This document shows positions 20,314-28,839 of a DNA stretch of 64,000 nucleotides, one piece after another. This DNA comes from an uncultured Latescibacterota bacterium. GTDB lineage: Bacteria; Latescibacterota; UBA2968. The notes below the pieces were generated by a model. The model saw only the letters and a list, made by a program, of their open reading frames with translations. It made no database searches and was not told the origin of the DNA. The stretch spans positions 5,843,014 to 5,907,013 of the forward strand of contig OX638317.1 of the NCBI GenBank assembly GCA_951812545.1, read 5' to 3'. Within the stretch, counting starts at the first letter, position 1. Every line of letters begins with the position of its first letter. Both the position numbers and the translations under genes were made by a program.

Positions 20314-20931
20314 ATGCTTTTTTCTATACCTCCTCTTTATCTGATTGCCGAGCGGGCAACGTGCGGTGATCGGCCAATGCTGGATGTGCTCACGCGTGCG
20401 CTGGATGCCGGGGTGCGTCTGGTGCAGTTGCGGGAAAAAAATCTGGATAGAGATGTCTTAGAAGCTCTGGCGGAGCAGGTGTTGTCGTTGATGGCGCGTT
20501 ATGATGCGATGCTGTTGATTAATGCAGTCGCAGATATTGCCTTGAAGATTGGCGCGCAGGGTGTGCATTTGCCAGGTGATACATTGCCGCGTGCGGTCCG
20601 AGACCGGGTTGGGCCGTTATTTTTAATTGGTTATTCCGCGCATACCTATGCGGAATTAGATTGCGCTGATGGGGCAGATTTTGTGACTTATAGCCCCATT
20701 TTTACACCGGGGTCCAAACCCGGGTATGATGGTGTGGAAGTAGGGCTTGCGGGGTTGGCTAATGCGGTGAAGTACTCTCGCTTACCCGTTTACGCGCTGG
20801 GGGGGATTACGCCTGATCGCGCAGCCAAATGCCGCGCAACGGGATGTGCGGGCGTCGCGGTGATGTCGGGTATTTTAGCGGCGCGAGATCCAACCAAAGC
20901 TGTATGTGAATTTTTGAAGGCATGGGAATGA
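20314..20931 (+). CDS. ThiE-fold protein lacking Mg2+ ligands, probable TenI-like thiazole tautomerase
   Basis: 205 aa, TMP-TENI fold. Has LINAVAD instead of ThiE's NDRVD, and GVHLPGDTLP instead of GVHLGQDD. Shares AVMSGI with B. subtilis TenI as I recall that sequence. Confidence 0.6.
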   Translation: MLFSIPPLYLIAERATCGDRPMLDVLTRALDAGVRLVQLREKNLDRDVLEALAEQVLSLMARYDAMLLINAVADIALKIGAQGVHLPGDTLPRAVRDRVGPLFLIGYSAHTYAELDCADGADFVTYSPIFTPGSKPGYDGVEVGLAGLANAVKYSRLPVYALGGITPDRAAKCRATGCAGVAVMSGILAARDPTKAVCEFLKAWE

Positions 20932-21713
20932 AACAAGCCCTGACAATTGCGGGTTCGGATTCCGGTGGTGGCGCGGGCATTCAGGCGGATTTGAAAACAT
21001 TTCACGCCCATGGCGTGTTTGGCCTGTCTGCGATTACATCGGTTACTGCTCAGAATACGCAAGAGGTGCGTGCGGCTTGTGATTTGCCCGAAGAGATTAT
21101 TCGCGCTCAGATAAGTGCCGTGTTTGACGATTTTGAGATTTCTGCGGTCAAGACGGGTATGTTGTCTTCGCGTGCGATTGTAGAGGCTGTGGCCGATGAA
21201 CTGACAGTCCGCAATGGGCAACCGCTTGTGGTCGATCCGGTGATGATTTCGACGAGTGGGTTTTCGTTGCTCAAGGACGATGCTATACAATGTGTTACGG
21301 ATCGTTTGTTGCCGCTTGCTACGTTGGCGACGCCGAATATCCAAGAAGCAGAATTGTTGATTAGAAAAAAAATACAGACGCGAGAAGATGCCGGGTTCGC
21401 AGCGCGTAAAATTGCCGATTTGGGCGCGTGTGCCGTGCTGGTAAAGGGGGGACATTTGGAGGGGACAGCGGTGGATGTGTTGTGGGATGGGGTGTGTGAA
21501 ACGATTTTTGAAAGTGAACGCATAGATACCGAGAATACACACGGGACAGGTTGTACACTGGCATCGGCGATAGCTGCCAATTTTGCGCTGGGATACGGGT
21601 TGTGTGATGCAGTAGATAGGGCAAAAAATTATATTACCGAAGCTATCCGACATGGCTTAAATATTGGCAAGGGCAAAGGTCCTGTGAATCATTTTTATTT
21701 TTTTCGACTTTAA
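20922..21713 (+). CDS. thiD: bifunctional hydroxymethylpyrimidine / phosphomethylpyrimidine kinase
   Basis: 263 aa. ALTIAGSDSGGGAGIQADLKT, VKTGML and NTHGTGCTLASAIAA are typical of ThiD. Confidence 0.9.
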   Translation: MGMKQALTIAGSDSGGGAGIQADLKTFHAHGVFGLSAITSVTAQNTQEVRAACDLPEEIIRAQISAVFDDFEISAVKTGMLSSRAIVEAVADELTVRNGQPLVVDPVMISTSGFSLLKDDAIQCVTDRLLPLATLATPNIQEAELLIRKKIQTREDAGFAARKIADLGACAVLVKGGHLEGTAVDVLWDGVCETIFESERIDTENTHGTGCTLASAIAANFALGYGLCDAVDRAKNYITEAIRHGLNIGKGKGPVNHFYFFRL

Positions 21714-21714
21714 C

Positions 21715-22326
21715 ATGAAAAAAATTGGCAGACTTCACGTCATAACCGATGTTGTTTTGCAAGATCGCTTTTCACACGTAGCACTGGCACAAATGGCTGT
21801 TGCTGGCGGAGCGGATACGGTCCAGTTTCGGCAGAAAGAGGGTTCGACTCGCGCGTTGATTGAGACCGCCATTGCCATGAAGAATGCGTGTGGCGATGTG
21901 CCTTTGATTGTGAATGATCGGGTTGATGTGGCGATTGCCGCAGAGGCTGATGGGGTGCATCTGGGACAAGATGATTTTCCCATTGAAAAGGCACGCGATC
22001 TGCTGGGCGAAGATGCAGTGATTGGCGGGACGGCAAAGACGCTTGTGCAGGCGCAGCAATGTGTTGCTGAAGGTGCGGATTACATCGGTTTTGGGCCGAT
22101 TTATGCGACTGGTTCAAAAGCCGATGCGGGCATGGTGAAAGGTCTGGAGGACTTGCGCGAGATGGTCAATGGGGTACGTATGCCAATTATTGCCATTGGG
22201 GGTCTTGGAATAGAAAATGCTGGCGAGGTGATGCGCGCAGGGGCGCACGGTATTGCGGTGATTTCAGCCGTGTGTTGCCAGTCCGATCCCACTGAGGCGA
22301 CCCAAAGGTTGGTGGATCAATTATAG
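21715..22326 (+). CDS. thiE: thiamine-phosphate synthase
   Basis: 203 aa. LHVITD, VQFRQK, IVNDRVDVAI, GVHLGQDD, GFGPIYATGSK and IIAIGG are canonical ThiE catalytic and Mg motifs. Confidence 0.85.
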   Translation: MKKIGRLHVITDVVLQDRFSHVALAQMAVAGGADTVQFRQKEGSTRALIETAIAMKNACGDVPLIVNDRVDVAIAAEADGVHLGQDDFPIEKARDLLGEDAVIGGTAKTLVQAQQCVAEGADYIGFGPIYATGSKADAGMVKGLEDLREMVNGVRMPIIAIGGLGIENAGEVMRAGAHGIAVISAVCCQSDPTEATQRLVDQL

Positions 22327-22334
22327 GTACGATT

Positions 22335-24323
22335 TTGTCTAAAAGCCATTTGATTATTCATACGCTGATTCTGGTCCCGTTTTTTGCGGGGTGTCAGCCT
22401 CGCGAACAGGTGACGGTTTCGGGTGCGGTTGCAAAGCCGGGTACTTATGTATATCAGCCCGACAAATCGGCGAACAGTTATCTCGAAGATGCCGGTGGCA
22501 TGACTGAAGAAGCACTCCAGGATAGTGCATATTTGGTTCGCGGTTTGGTTGACTCTTCTGGCAAAGAGATAATCAAAAGTGTGACGATTTCCCTGTCGGA
22601 GCATCCAGAAGTTTTGCCCGATGATGAGATTAAAGTGCCAGTGCGTGTTTATGATGTGCGATTGGATACGGTTCGCGTTTTGCGCGATGTGCGATTGGTT
22701 CAAGAGAATCGGATTCTCAAAATTCCCAAAGGTGCCCTGGTGTCCGGGTGGACAGAGCGCGGCGTGCTGGTCGCGTTGTTACTTGGGCGCGGAAAAATTT
22801 ACGAGATGGCTGATACCACCAAGGCAGTGTGGGCTTTTCATTACTTATACGTTCATTTGCACCCCGATGAATACGGCCGCCTGAGGGGTTTTACGGGAGA
22901 TGTGATTGACAGTTTGGAGGCTCTGGAAGATGCATACGCCATCCATACACGCACCAGAACGCAGTTGGATTATGAGCATTACGAAGGGTTACAACTCCCG
23001 CCCGGAGGTTATTGGCGTGTGTTACTGGGGATTTTGTGGACGCCCAGGAGTGCATCCTTTCCGGGTAAAGGATTGCGCCGGCGTCGTTTTGAGGACGGGC
23101 GTGTGTGGACGACTTTTCCCAATGGGCGACAGCGCTGGCAGTATCCCGATGGGCGGGTGGAGGTGATATTTCCTGGGGGCGCGAAAGAAATCCGATTTCC
23201 CGATGGGCGGGTTGTGTCTGCCTATGAACAGCGGGTGTCTCGTTTGAAAGATGAGTCGGCGGTTCGCAATGGTGTAGCCAGCGGCGCGGTGAAGGAGCGC
23301 ACTTCGGAAAGGGTGCCGGGGATTTCGGCAGGGGTAATACCTGATGGCACTACAGTAACTCGCGAAAAAGAGGGAAATAAACCTGCCGTTCAGCCCGATG
23401 GGTATATGATTGTGAAAGGGGTGGATGGTTCAACTCGGGAAACATTTCCCGATGGGCGTATTTTGCATCGCAGTAGAACCGGGTATCAAATGGAGATTTT
23501 CCCCGATGGGCGAGAGATCGAGAGTAACCGTTTTGGACAAAAAATCACCTCGTGGCCCGATGGTCGAAAAGAAGTGCGAATGCCGGCGGCATACAGTTAT
23601 CCCGGTCCGTTGCGAACAGATCTCGCAGAGGTCAATTTGCTTCCAGACTCGGTTGCGGTAGGTGAAGAATTGATGGTTACAGGGCAGTTACACAGCGATG
23701 TGGAAGATATATCTATCTCGGCCTTTCTCGCGCCCGATGGAAATGTGATCAAAGGGGCTGTGCGAAGACAGGGGCGGCGGTTCCAGGCGCGGTTTCGGTT
23801 TGGGGAGAAGGGACACTGTCGCGTACAGGTTCAGGTTGTATTGCCCAAAGCACGCACCTTTACGGTTTCGCACCAGGCGGTGGTTGTTGGCAATCCCGAG
23901 AAGTTAGAAGACGAGGTTTTGACAATAGCCTCTTATTCGGGCGATGAGGCTGCCGAACAATTTTTGATCGATCAAATTAATGCGGCGCGAAAGCGGATCG
24001 GACGTCAGGCTGTACTTCCACATCCCAATTTGATGCATGTGGCGCGCATCCGCCTCGAGGAAATGTTGGCTTTGGGTGAGGTATCCCACTTTTCTTTGTC
24101 GGGATTGAATGTGATGTGGCATGTAACTACCCGGCGCTTGCCATTTTTTCAAGTGAGCGAAAATGTGGCAAACGGACACTTTGTCGAAACGATGCAGGCA
24201 GGTTGGATGTTAAGTGCGGGCCATCGTTCAAATATATTGGCGAGACACTGGACGCATGTGGGGGTGGCTGTTACAAAAGGCAAGGGCATGGTGTGGGGCG
24301 TCCAGGTGTTTGCACGGCAATAA
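22335..24323 (+). CDS. multidomain lipoprotein: SLBB-like domain, FPDGR beta-hairpin repeats (TCP10/G-box-like), Ig-like region, C-terminal CAP/SCP domain
   Basis: 662 aa from a TTG start. Lipobox FFAGC. SLBB-like VTVSGAVAKPGTYVY...YLEDAGG. About 8 short repeats such as FPNGRQRWQYPDGRVEVIFPGGAKEIRFPDGR. C-terminal CAP-like INAARKR...SAGHRSNIL...WTHVGVAV. Confidence 0.7.
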   Translation: MSKSHLIIHTLILVPFFAGCQPREQVTVSGAVAKPGTYVYQPDKSANSYLEDAGGMTEEALQDSAYLVRGLVDSSGKEIIKSVTISLSEHPEVLPDDEIKVPVRVYDVRLDTVRVLRDVRLVQENRILKIPKGALVSGWTERGVLVALLLGRGKIYEMADTTKAVWAFHYLYVHLHPDEYGRLRGFTGDVIDSLEALEDAYAIHTRTRTQLDYEHYEGLQLPPGGYWRVLLGILWTPRSASFPGKGLRRRRFEDGRVWTTFPNGRQRWQYPDGRVEVIFPGGAKEIRFPDGRVVSAYEQRVSRLKDESAVRNGVASGAVKERTSERVPGISAGVIPDGTTVTREKEGNKPAVQPDGYMIVKGVDGSTRETFPDGRILHRSRTGYQMEIFPDGREIESNRFGQKITSWPDGRKEVRMPAAYSYPGPLRTDLAEVNLLPDSVAVGEELMVTGQLHSDVEDISISAFLAPDGNVIKGAVRRQGRRFQARFRFGEKGHCRVQVQVVLPKARTFTVSHQAVVVGNPEKLEDEVLTIASYSGDEAAEQFLIDQINAARKRIGRQAVLPHPNLMHVARIRLEEMLALGEVSHFSLSGLNVMWHVTTRRLPFFQVSENVANGHFVETMQAGWMLSAGHRSNILARHWTHVGVAVTKGKGMVWGVQVFARQ

Positions 24324-24337
24324 AAGAGAGGTTTGAT

Positions 24338-25933
24338 GTGAATAAAAAACAGGCCGATGTGCCCGATTTGCTCCAGATTGGCGGCGGGTTAAATTCAGGC
24401 GTGTCGCGGGAGGTGTCGCAACAAACGGGTGTTCCCGAAGCGCAGGTCTATGGCGTGGGTAGCTTTTTTGATTTGTTGAATGATACGGACAAAAAAGTGC
24501 GGGTCTGCACGGGTTTGTCGTGTCGCATGGCGGGTGCAGATCAGGTGTTGCAGGCAATGGAAGATGCGGGTCTGCCCGCGATGGGATGTTCGTGTCTGGC
24601 GGCTTGTGATCGCCCTCCTGCGGTATTGCGAGACCGCGATGTGTTGCCCGCTGTATCGGTCGAAGATGTGGCGCAGGCAGAAGGCGATTGGACAGTGCTC
24701 AGGGCAGAGATAGAATCCAATGGCAAAAGCTGGTTGGGGCATGTGGGGCCAGAGGTGGATGATCCAGATACCTTGGCGATCAATTTGTTGGGGCAGGCCG
24801 ATTGGTCGGGTAAAGCGTTTAAAAAGGCCGCGAAGATGCGTCCCGAAGAAATTATTGAAGAAATAGAGATGTCGGGGTTGCAGGGGCGCGGTGGCGCGGG
24901 TTTTTCTGCCTCTTTTAAGTGGAATGCCGTGTGTTCAGAAAAAGAGACCGTGCGCTATGTGGTTTTAAATGGTGATGAGAGCGAGCCAGGTACATTTAAG
25001 GACCGCGAAATTTTGATGCGTCGTCCCGATCTGGTCATTGAGGGATTGGCGATTGCGGCTTATACAATTGGGGCAAGAGATGTTTATTTGTACTTGCGGG
25101 GCGAGTTTGCATTTCCAAAGGCTGTGATGGCAAAAGCAGTTGCAGAGTTTGAATCGCATAATATATTTCCCGATATCCGTTTTCATATGCACTCGGGACA
25201 GGGTGCGTATATTTGCGGTGAGGAGACCGCGCTTTTAGAGGCTTTGGAGGGTAAGCGGGGGATGCCGCGTTTGCGACCACCCTATCCCACAGAGTATGGT
25301 TTGTGGGGAAAACCCACACTTATTCACAATGTGGAGACTATTGCGTGCGTGCCCTCGATTATTTCAAGAGGTGGCGATTGGTTTCGCAATTTGGGACGCA
25401 CAGAAGCGGGTACAAAAGTGTATTGTATTAGCGGGCATGTGGAACGTCCGGGCGTCTATGAATTGCCACTGGGCGTGACTCTGGATGAACTGGTCGAAGA
25501 GGCGGGCGGGTATATTGGTACTCCAAAAGCATTTAGCCCCGGAGGTGCGAGTTCGGGCTTTTTGCCGGCTAAATACAGAGATCAGCCATTGGATTTTCAG
25601 ACCATGGATGGGTTGAGTTCGTTGCTCGGCTCGGCCGGTGTTGTTGTGTTGAACGACACGGTGGATATGAAATGGTCGGTCAGTCAACAGTTGAGATTTT
25701 TTCACGATGAAAGCTGCGGGCAATGTGCCCCCTGTCGCATTGGTACGCGGTATTTACACGAGGCACTTGAAAATCGCATTTGCAATCGGGAACAAGACCA
25801 CAAACCTCATTTGCTACACGCGGCAGACGTGGCGTGGCAAATGAATGAAGGTTCGATATGTGGTCTTGGGCAAATTGCTGCTCTCCCCCTGACGAGTGCC
25901 CAAAAATTTTTCCCCGAGGAATTTGATGAATGA
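24338..25933 (+). CDS. NAD-dependent formate dehydrogenase beta subunit (NuoE-like 2Fe-2S domain fused to NuoF-like FMN/NAD/4Fe-4S module)
   Basis: Start set to GTG 24338 behind AAAGAGAGG. NuoE Cys pattern VCTGLSC...CLAAC, NuoF FMN site GLQGRGGAGF, and 4Fe-4S ESCGQCAPCR. Confidence 0.85.
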   Translation: MNKKQADVPDLLQIGGGLNSGVSREVSQQTGVPEAQVYGVGSFFDLLNDTDKKVRVCTGLSCRMAGADQVLQAMEDAGLPAMGCSCLAACDRPPAVLRDRDVLPAVSVEDVAQAEGDWTVLRAEIESNGKSWLGHVGPEVDDPDTLAINLLGQADWSGKAFKKAAKMRPEEIIEEIEMSGLQGRGGAGFSASFKWNAVCSEKETVRYVVLNGDESEPGTFKDREILMRRPDLVIEGLAIAAYTIGARDVYLYLRGEFAFPKAVMAKAVAEFESHNIFPDIRFHMHSGQGAYICGEETALLEALEGKRGMPRLRPPYPTEYGLWGKPTLIHNVETIACVPSIISRGGDWFRNLGRTEAGTKVYCISGHVERPGVYELPLGVTLDELVEEAGGYIGTPKAFSPGGASSGFLPAKYRDQPLDFQTMDGLSSLLGSAGVVVLNDTVDMKWSVSQQLRFFHDESCGQCAPCRIGTRYLHEALENRICNREQDHKPHLLHAADVAWQMNEGSICGLGQIAALPLTSAQKFFPEEFDE

Positions 25934-28736
25934 ACTGATATTGAACGGACAGACGGTATGTTTTGCTGAGGGCGAAACCTTGCTGGATATTGCATCCCGT
26001 CAGGGATTGGAAATTCCGACCCTGTGTCACGATCCGCGCTTAGAGCCCGCAGGTGCGTGTCGCTCTTGTCTGGTGGAAGTTGCCGGTGAGCGGTTGATGA
26101 CACCGGCCTGTGCGCGTGTGGCGCAAGCTGGTATGGTGGTGATGACCGAGAATGAGCGCATTGATCGGCACCGCCGAACTCTGATGGCTTTGTATATGAC
26201 CGATCATCCGCACGAACGCGAGGTATCGGAAGTCGGTTCGCCGGATTTATTGCTGGATATGGCCGCTGAGTTCGATGCCCCAATGGATTGGGGATGGATG
26301 GAGCCGATGCGGGGAGATAGAGAGGATCGCAATCTCTATGTGGATTTTAATCCCGATACCTGCATTGCGTGTGCGCGATGCGTGCGCTATTGCGAGGAAA
26401 TAGAAGGAGTTTCGGCTATTACCCTTGCGGGTAGAGGGTCGCATACGACGATTTCTACAGTGGAAGAAAAATCCTTGTTGGATACGACGTGCGAGTTGTG
26501 CGGTGGCTGTATTGATGTGTGTCCAACCGGCGCGATGAATGAAAAATTGCCACTGATGCGCGGGCAAAAACCCGAGCGCGAATTGGTAAAGGTGCGGTCA
26601 ACCTGCAACTTTTGTGGGGTGGGTTGTCAGCTCGATCTCAATGTGGATTTAGAAGGACGCGATGGTCAGGGGCAGATTGTAAAGGTAACGAGTCCACCGC
26701 CGGGCACGACGACCAATGATGGCAATTTGTGTGTCAAGGGACGCTTTGCCTATGATTTTGTCCACCATAACGACCGGTTGACGCAGCCACTTGTGCGGGA
26801 TGAGGATGGTGTATTGTATCCAACCACATGGGACGATGCGCTCGAAAGAGCAGCGGAGGGATTGTTGGGCGTTGCAGAGCGACACGGCGTAGATGCCCTG
26901 GGTTTTGTGAGTTCGTCTCGGTGTACGATGGAGGAAAATTTCCTCGTTCAGAAAATGGCGCGTGCACTGTTTCGGGCAAATCACGTCCATCAGTGTGCGG
27001 CTACGTGACACGCGCCAACGGTGGCCGGTCTGGTCGAAACATTTGGTGCAGGTGCTATGACAAATTCAATTGGCGAGATACGCGATGCTGATTTTCTGTT
27101 TGTGATTGGCAGCAATACGAGTGAAGCGCATCCGATTATTGCTATGGAAATGAAGCGCGCGGTTCGCAAAGGTGCGACCCTCGTTGTCGCCGATCCCAGG
27201 GCAATATGGATGACGTCTATTGCGAAAAAGCATTTGCAACTCAATCCGGGTACAGATGTGTGGTTGCTCAATGCAATGGCGCATGTTATTGTGGCAGAGG
27301 ATTTGATTGATCGCGAGTTTATCGAGAATCAAACGGAAAATTTTGAGCAGGTCAAAGCGACCGTTGCGTCTTATACACCCGAGAAGGCGGAGGAGATAAC
27401 GGGTATTTCTGCAGATGATATTCGCTGGACAGCGCGTCAGTATGCGATGACGGAAAAAGCGGGTATATACTATACGCTGGGCATTACGGAACACGCACAC
27501 GGTACGGATAATGTGTATGCGCTTGCCAATCTGGTTTTGATGACGGGGCATCTGGGCAAGCCAGCGACCGGGATGAATCCCCTGCGCGGACAGAATAATG
27601 TGCAGGGTGCGAATGACGCGGGTGCTACGCCGATGTTTTATCCGGGTTATCAGCGCGTGGATGATCCCGAAGTGCGGGCAAAGTACGAAAAGTCCTGGGG
27701 TGTTTCGCTGTCCCCTGTGCCGGGTCTGAATCTCAATGAGATGATGAAGACGGTGGGGGAACAGATGCGCGGCTTTTTTGTGATGGGTGAAGATATTGTG
27801 TTGTCCGAACCCAATGTGCTCGAGTTGGAAAAAGGGTTGAATAATGTTGATTTTATCGTGATGCAGGATGCGTTTATGAATGAGACGGCGCGTTTTGCCG
27901 ATGTGATTTTGCCCGCAGCCGTGTTTGCCGAGAAGGAGGGTACGTTCACCAATTCAGAGCGTCGCGTACAGAGGGTTCGCAAGGCGGTTGAACCTCCTGG
28001 GGAAGCGCTTCCAGACTGGGAAATTCTGGTTATGCTGGCGAATAAGATGGGCGCGAATTGGTCGTATAAAGATCCGGCGGAAGTTTATGCCGAGATGGTT
28101 AAAGACGTTCCTCAGTTTGCCGGTATTAGTCACGAAAAATTGGAAAAAATAGATGCAGGAGAAGAGAGCATAGCGGGCTTGCAGTGGCCGTGCCCCGATG
28201 CAGATCATCCAGGTACAAAATTTTTACACGAAGATGGGATTTTGCGTGGGAAGGGATTGTTTATGCCCGTGCATTATATCCCGCCGGCGGAATTGCCGGA
28301 TGAAGATTACGGTCTTTTTCTTTCAACGGGACGTACGCTATATCACTACAATGCCGCAACGCAGACGCGCCGGGAATCTGGACTCGATGCAAAACAGTCC
28401 GAAGCTTTTGTGGAGTTGCACCCGAGCGACGCGCGGAAACGGGGTGTTCATCACGGGGATATGGTGGAGGTGGCGACGCGGCGCGGGAGTGTGCAGTTGC
28501 GGGCTGTGATGTCGCGGCAAGTGCGCCCGGGATGTATCTGGATGCCATTGCATTTTGCCGAGGCACGCGCCAATGTGCTGACCAACGATGTGGGTGATGC
28601 AGTGACGGGGACAGCAGAGTACAAGGTGTGTGCGGCAGAGGTGCGATTGGTCGAGTCGATGCCTGGCAATGAAAGGTTTTTTCCGGGGAGCTATTACTAC
28701 GAGAAGGGACCGGGGTTGCAGCGCGTGGGTGATTGA
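25926..28736 (+). CDS. fdhA: formate dehydrogenase alpha subunit, selenocysteine-containing (TGA 27006-27008 read as Sec)
   Basis: ORFs 25896-27008 and 27021-28736 are in the same frame. The junction reads HQCAAT-U-HAPTVAGLVETFGAGAMTNS, the FDH active-site (Sec/Cys)-H-x-P-[ST]-V-x-GL motif. Has N-terminal 2Fe-2S and 4Fe-4S motifs, and MopB and molybdopterin-binding domains. Confidence 0.85.
27015..27046 (+). promoter_or_regulatory. candidate bacterial SECIS hairpin downstream of the UGA
   Basis: Starts 7 nt after the UGA. Lower stem CCAA/UUGG, upper stem GGCC/GGUC closing a GGUCU loop. The GGUCUG codons are at the same position as the apical loop of E. coli fdhF SECIS. The stem is short and partly wobble-paired. 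Confidence 0.4.
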
Positions 28737-28752
28737 GTCAGGGTATGTATGT

Positions 28753-28787
28753 AAAAAAAGCCGCGAGTTATGCTCGCGGCTTTTTTT
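28753..28787. terminator. bidirectional intrinsic terminator between fdhA and the decarboxylase gene
   Basis: AAAAAAA-GCCGCGAG-TTATG-CTCGCGGC-TTTTTTT. Confidence 0.75.
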
Positions 28788-28839
28788 ATTAGTTGGGGTG
28801 TCTCGCCCTCCTCACTAAAGATATGAACGATGCCTTCCT

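Noticed and set aside
20790-21653. 287-aa ORF antisense to thiD.
   Set aside because: It overlaps almost all of thiD on the opposite strand, and thiD carries clear kinase motifs.
24116-24337. Long N-terminal extension of the FDH beta-subunit ORF, overlapping the upstream lipoprotein gene by 208 nt.
   Set aside because: The extension has no NuoE-like sequence. GTG 24338, preceded by AAAGAGAGG, starts just after the upstream stop and just before the conserved domain.
27006-27008. TGA splitting the formate dehydrogenase alpha subunit, which could be read as a pseudogene or as two separate genes.
   Set aside because: Both halves are in the same frame. The TGA falls exactly at the conserved Sec/Cys active-site position, so selenocysteine recoding is the better explanation.
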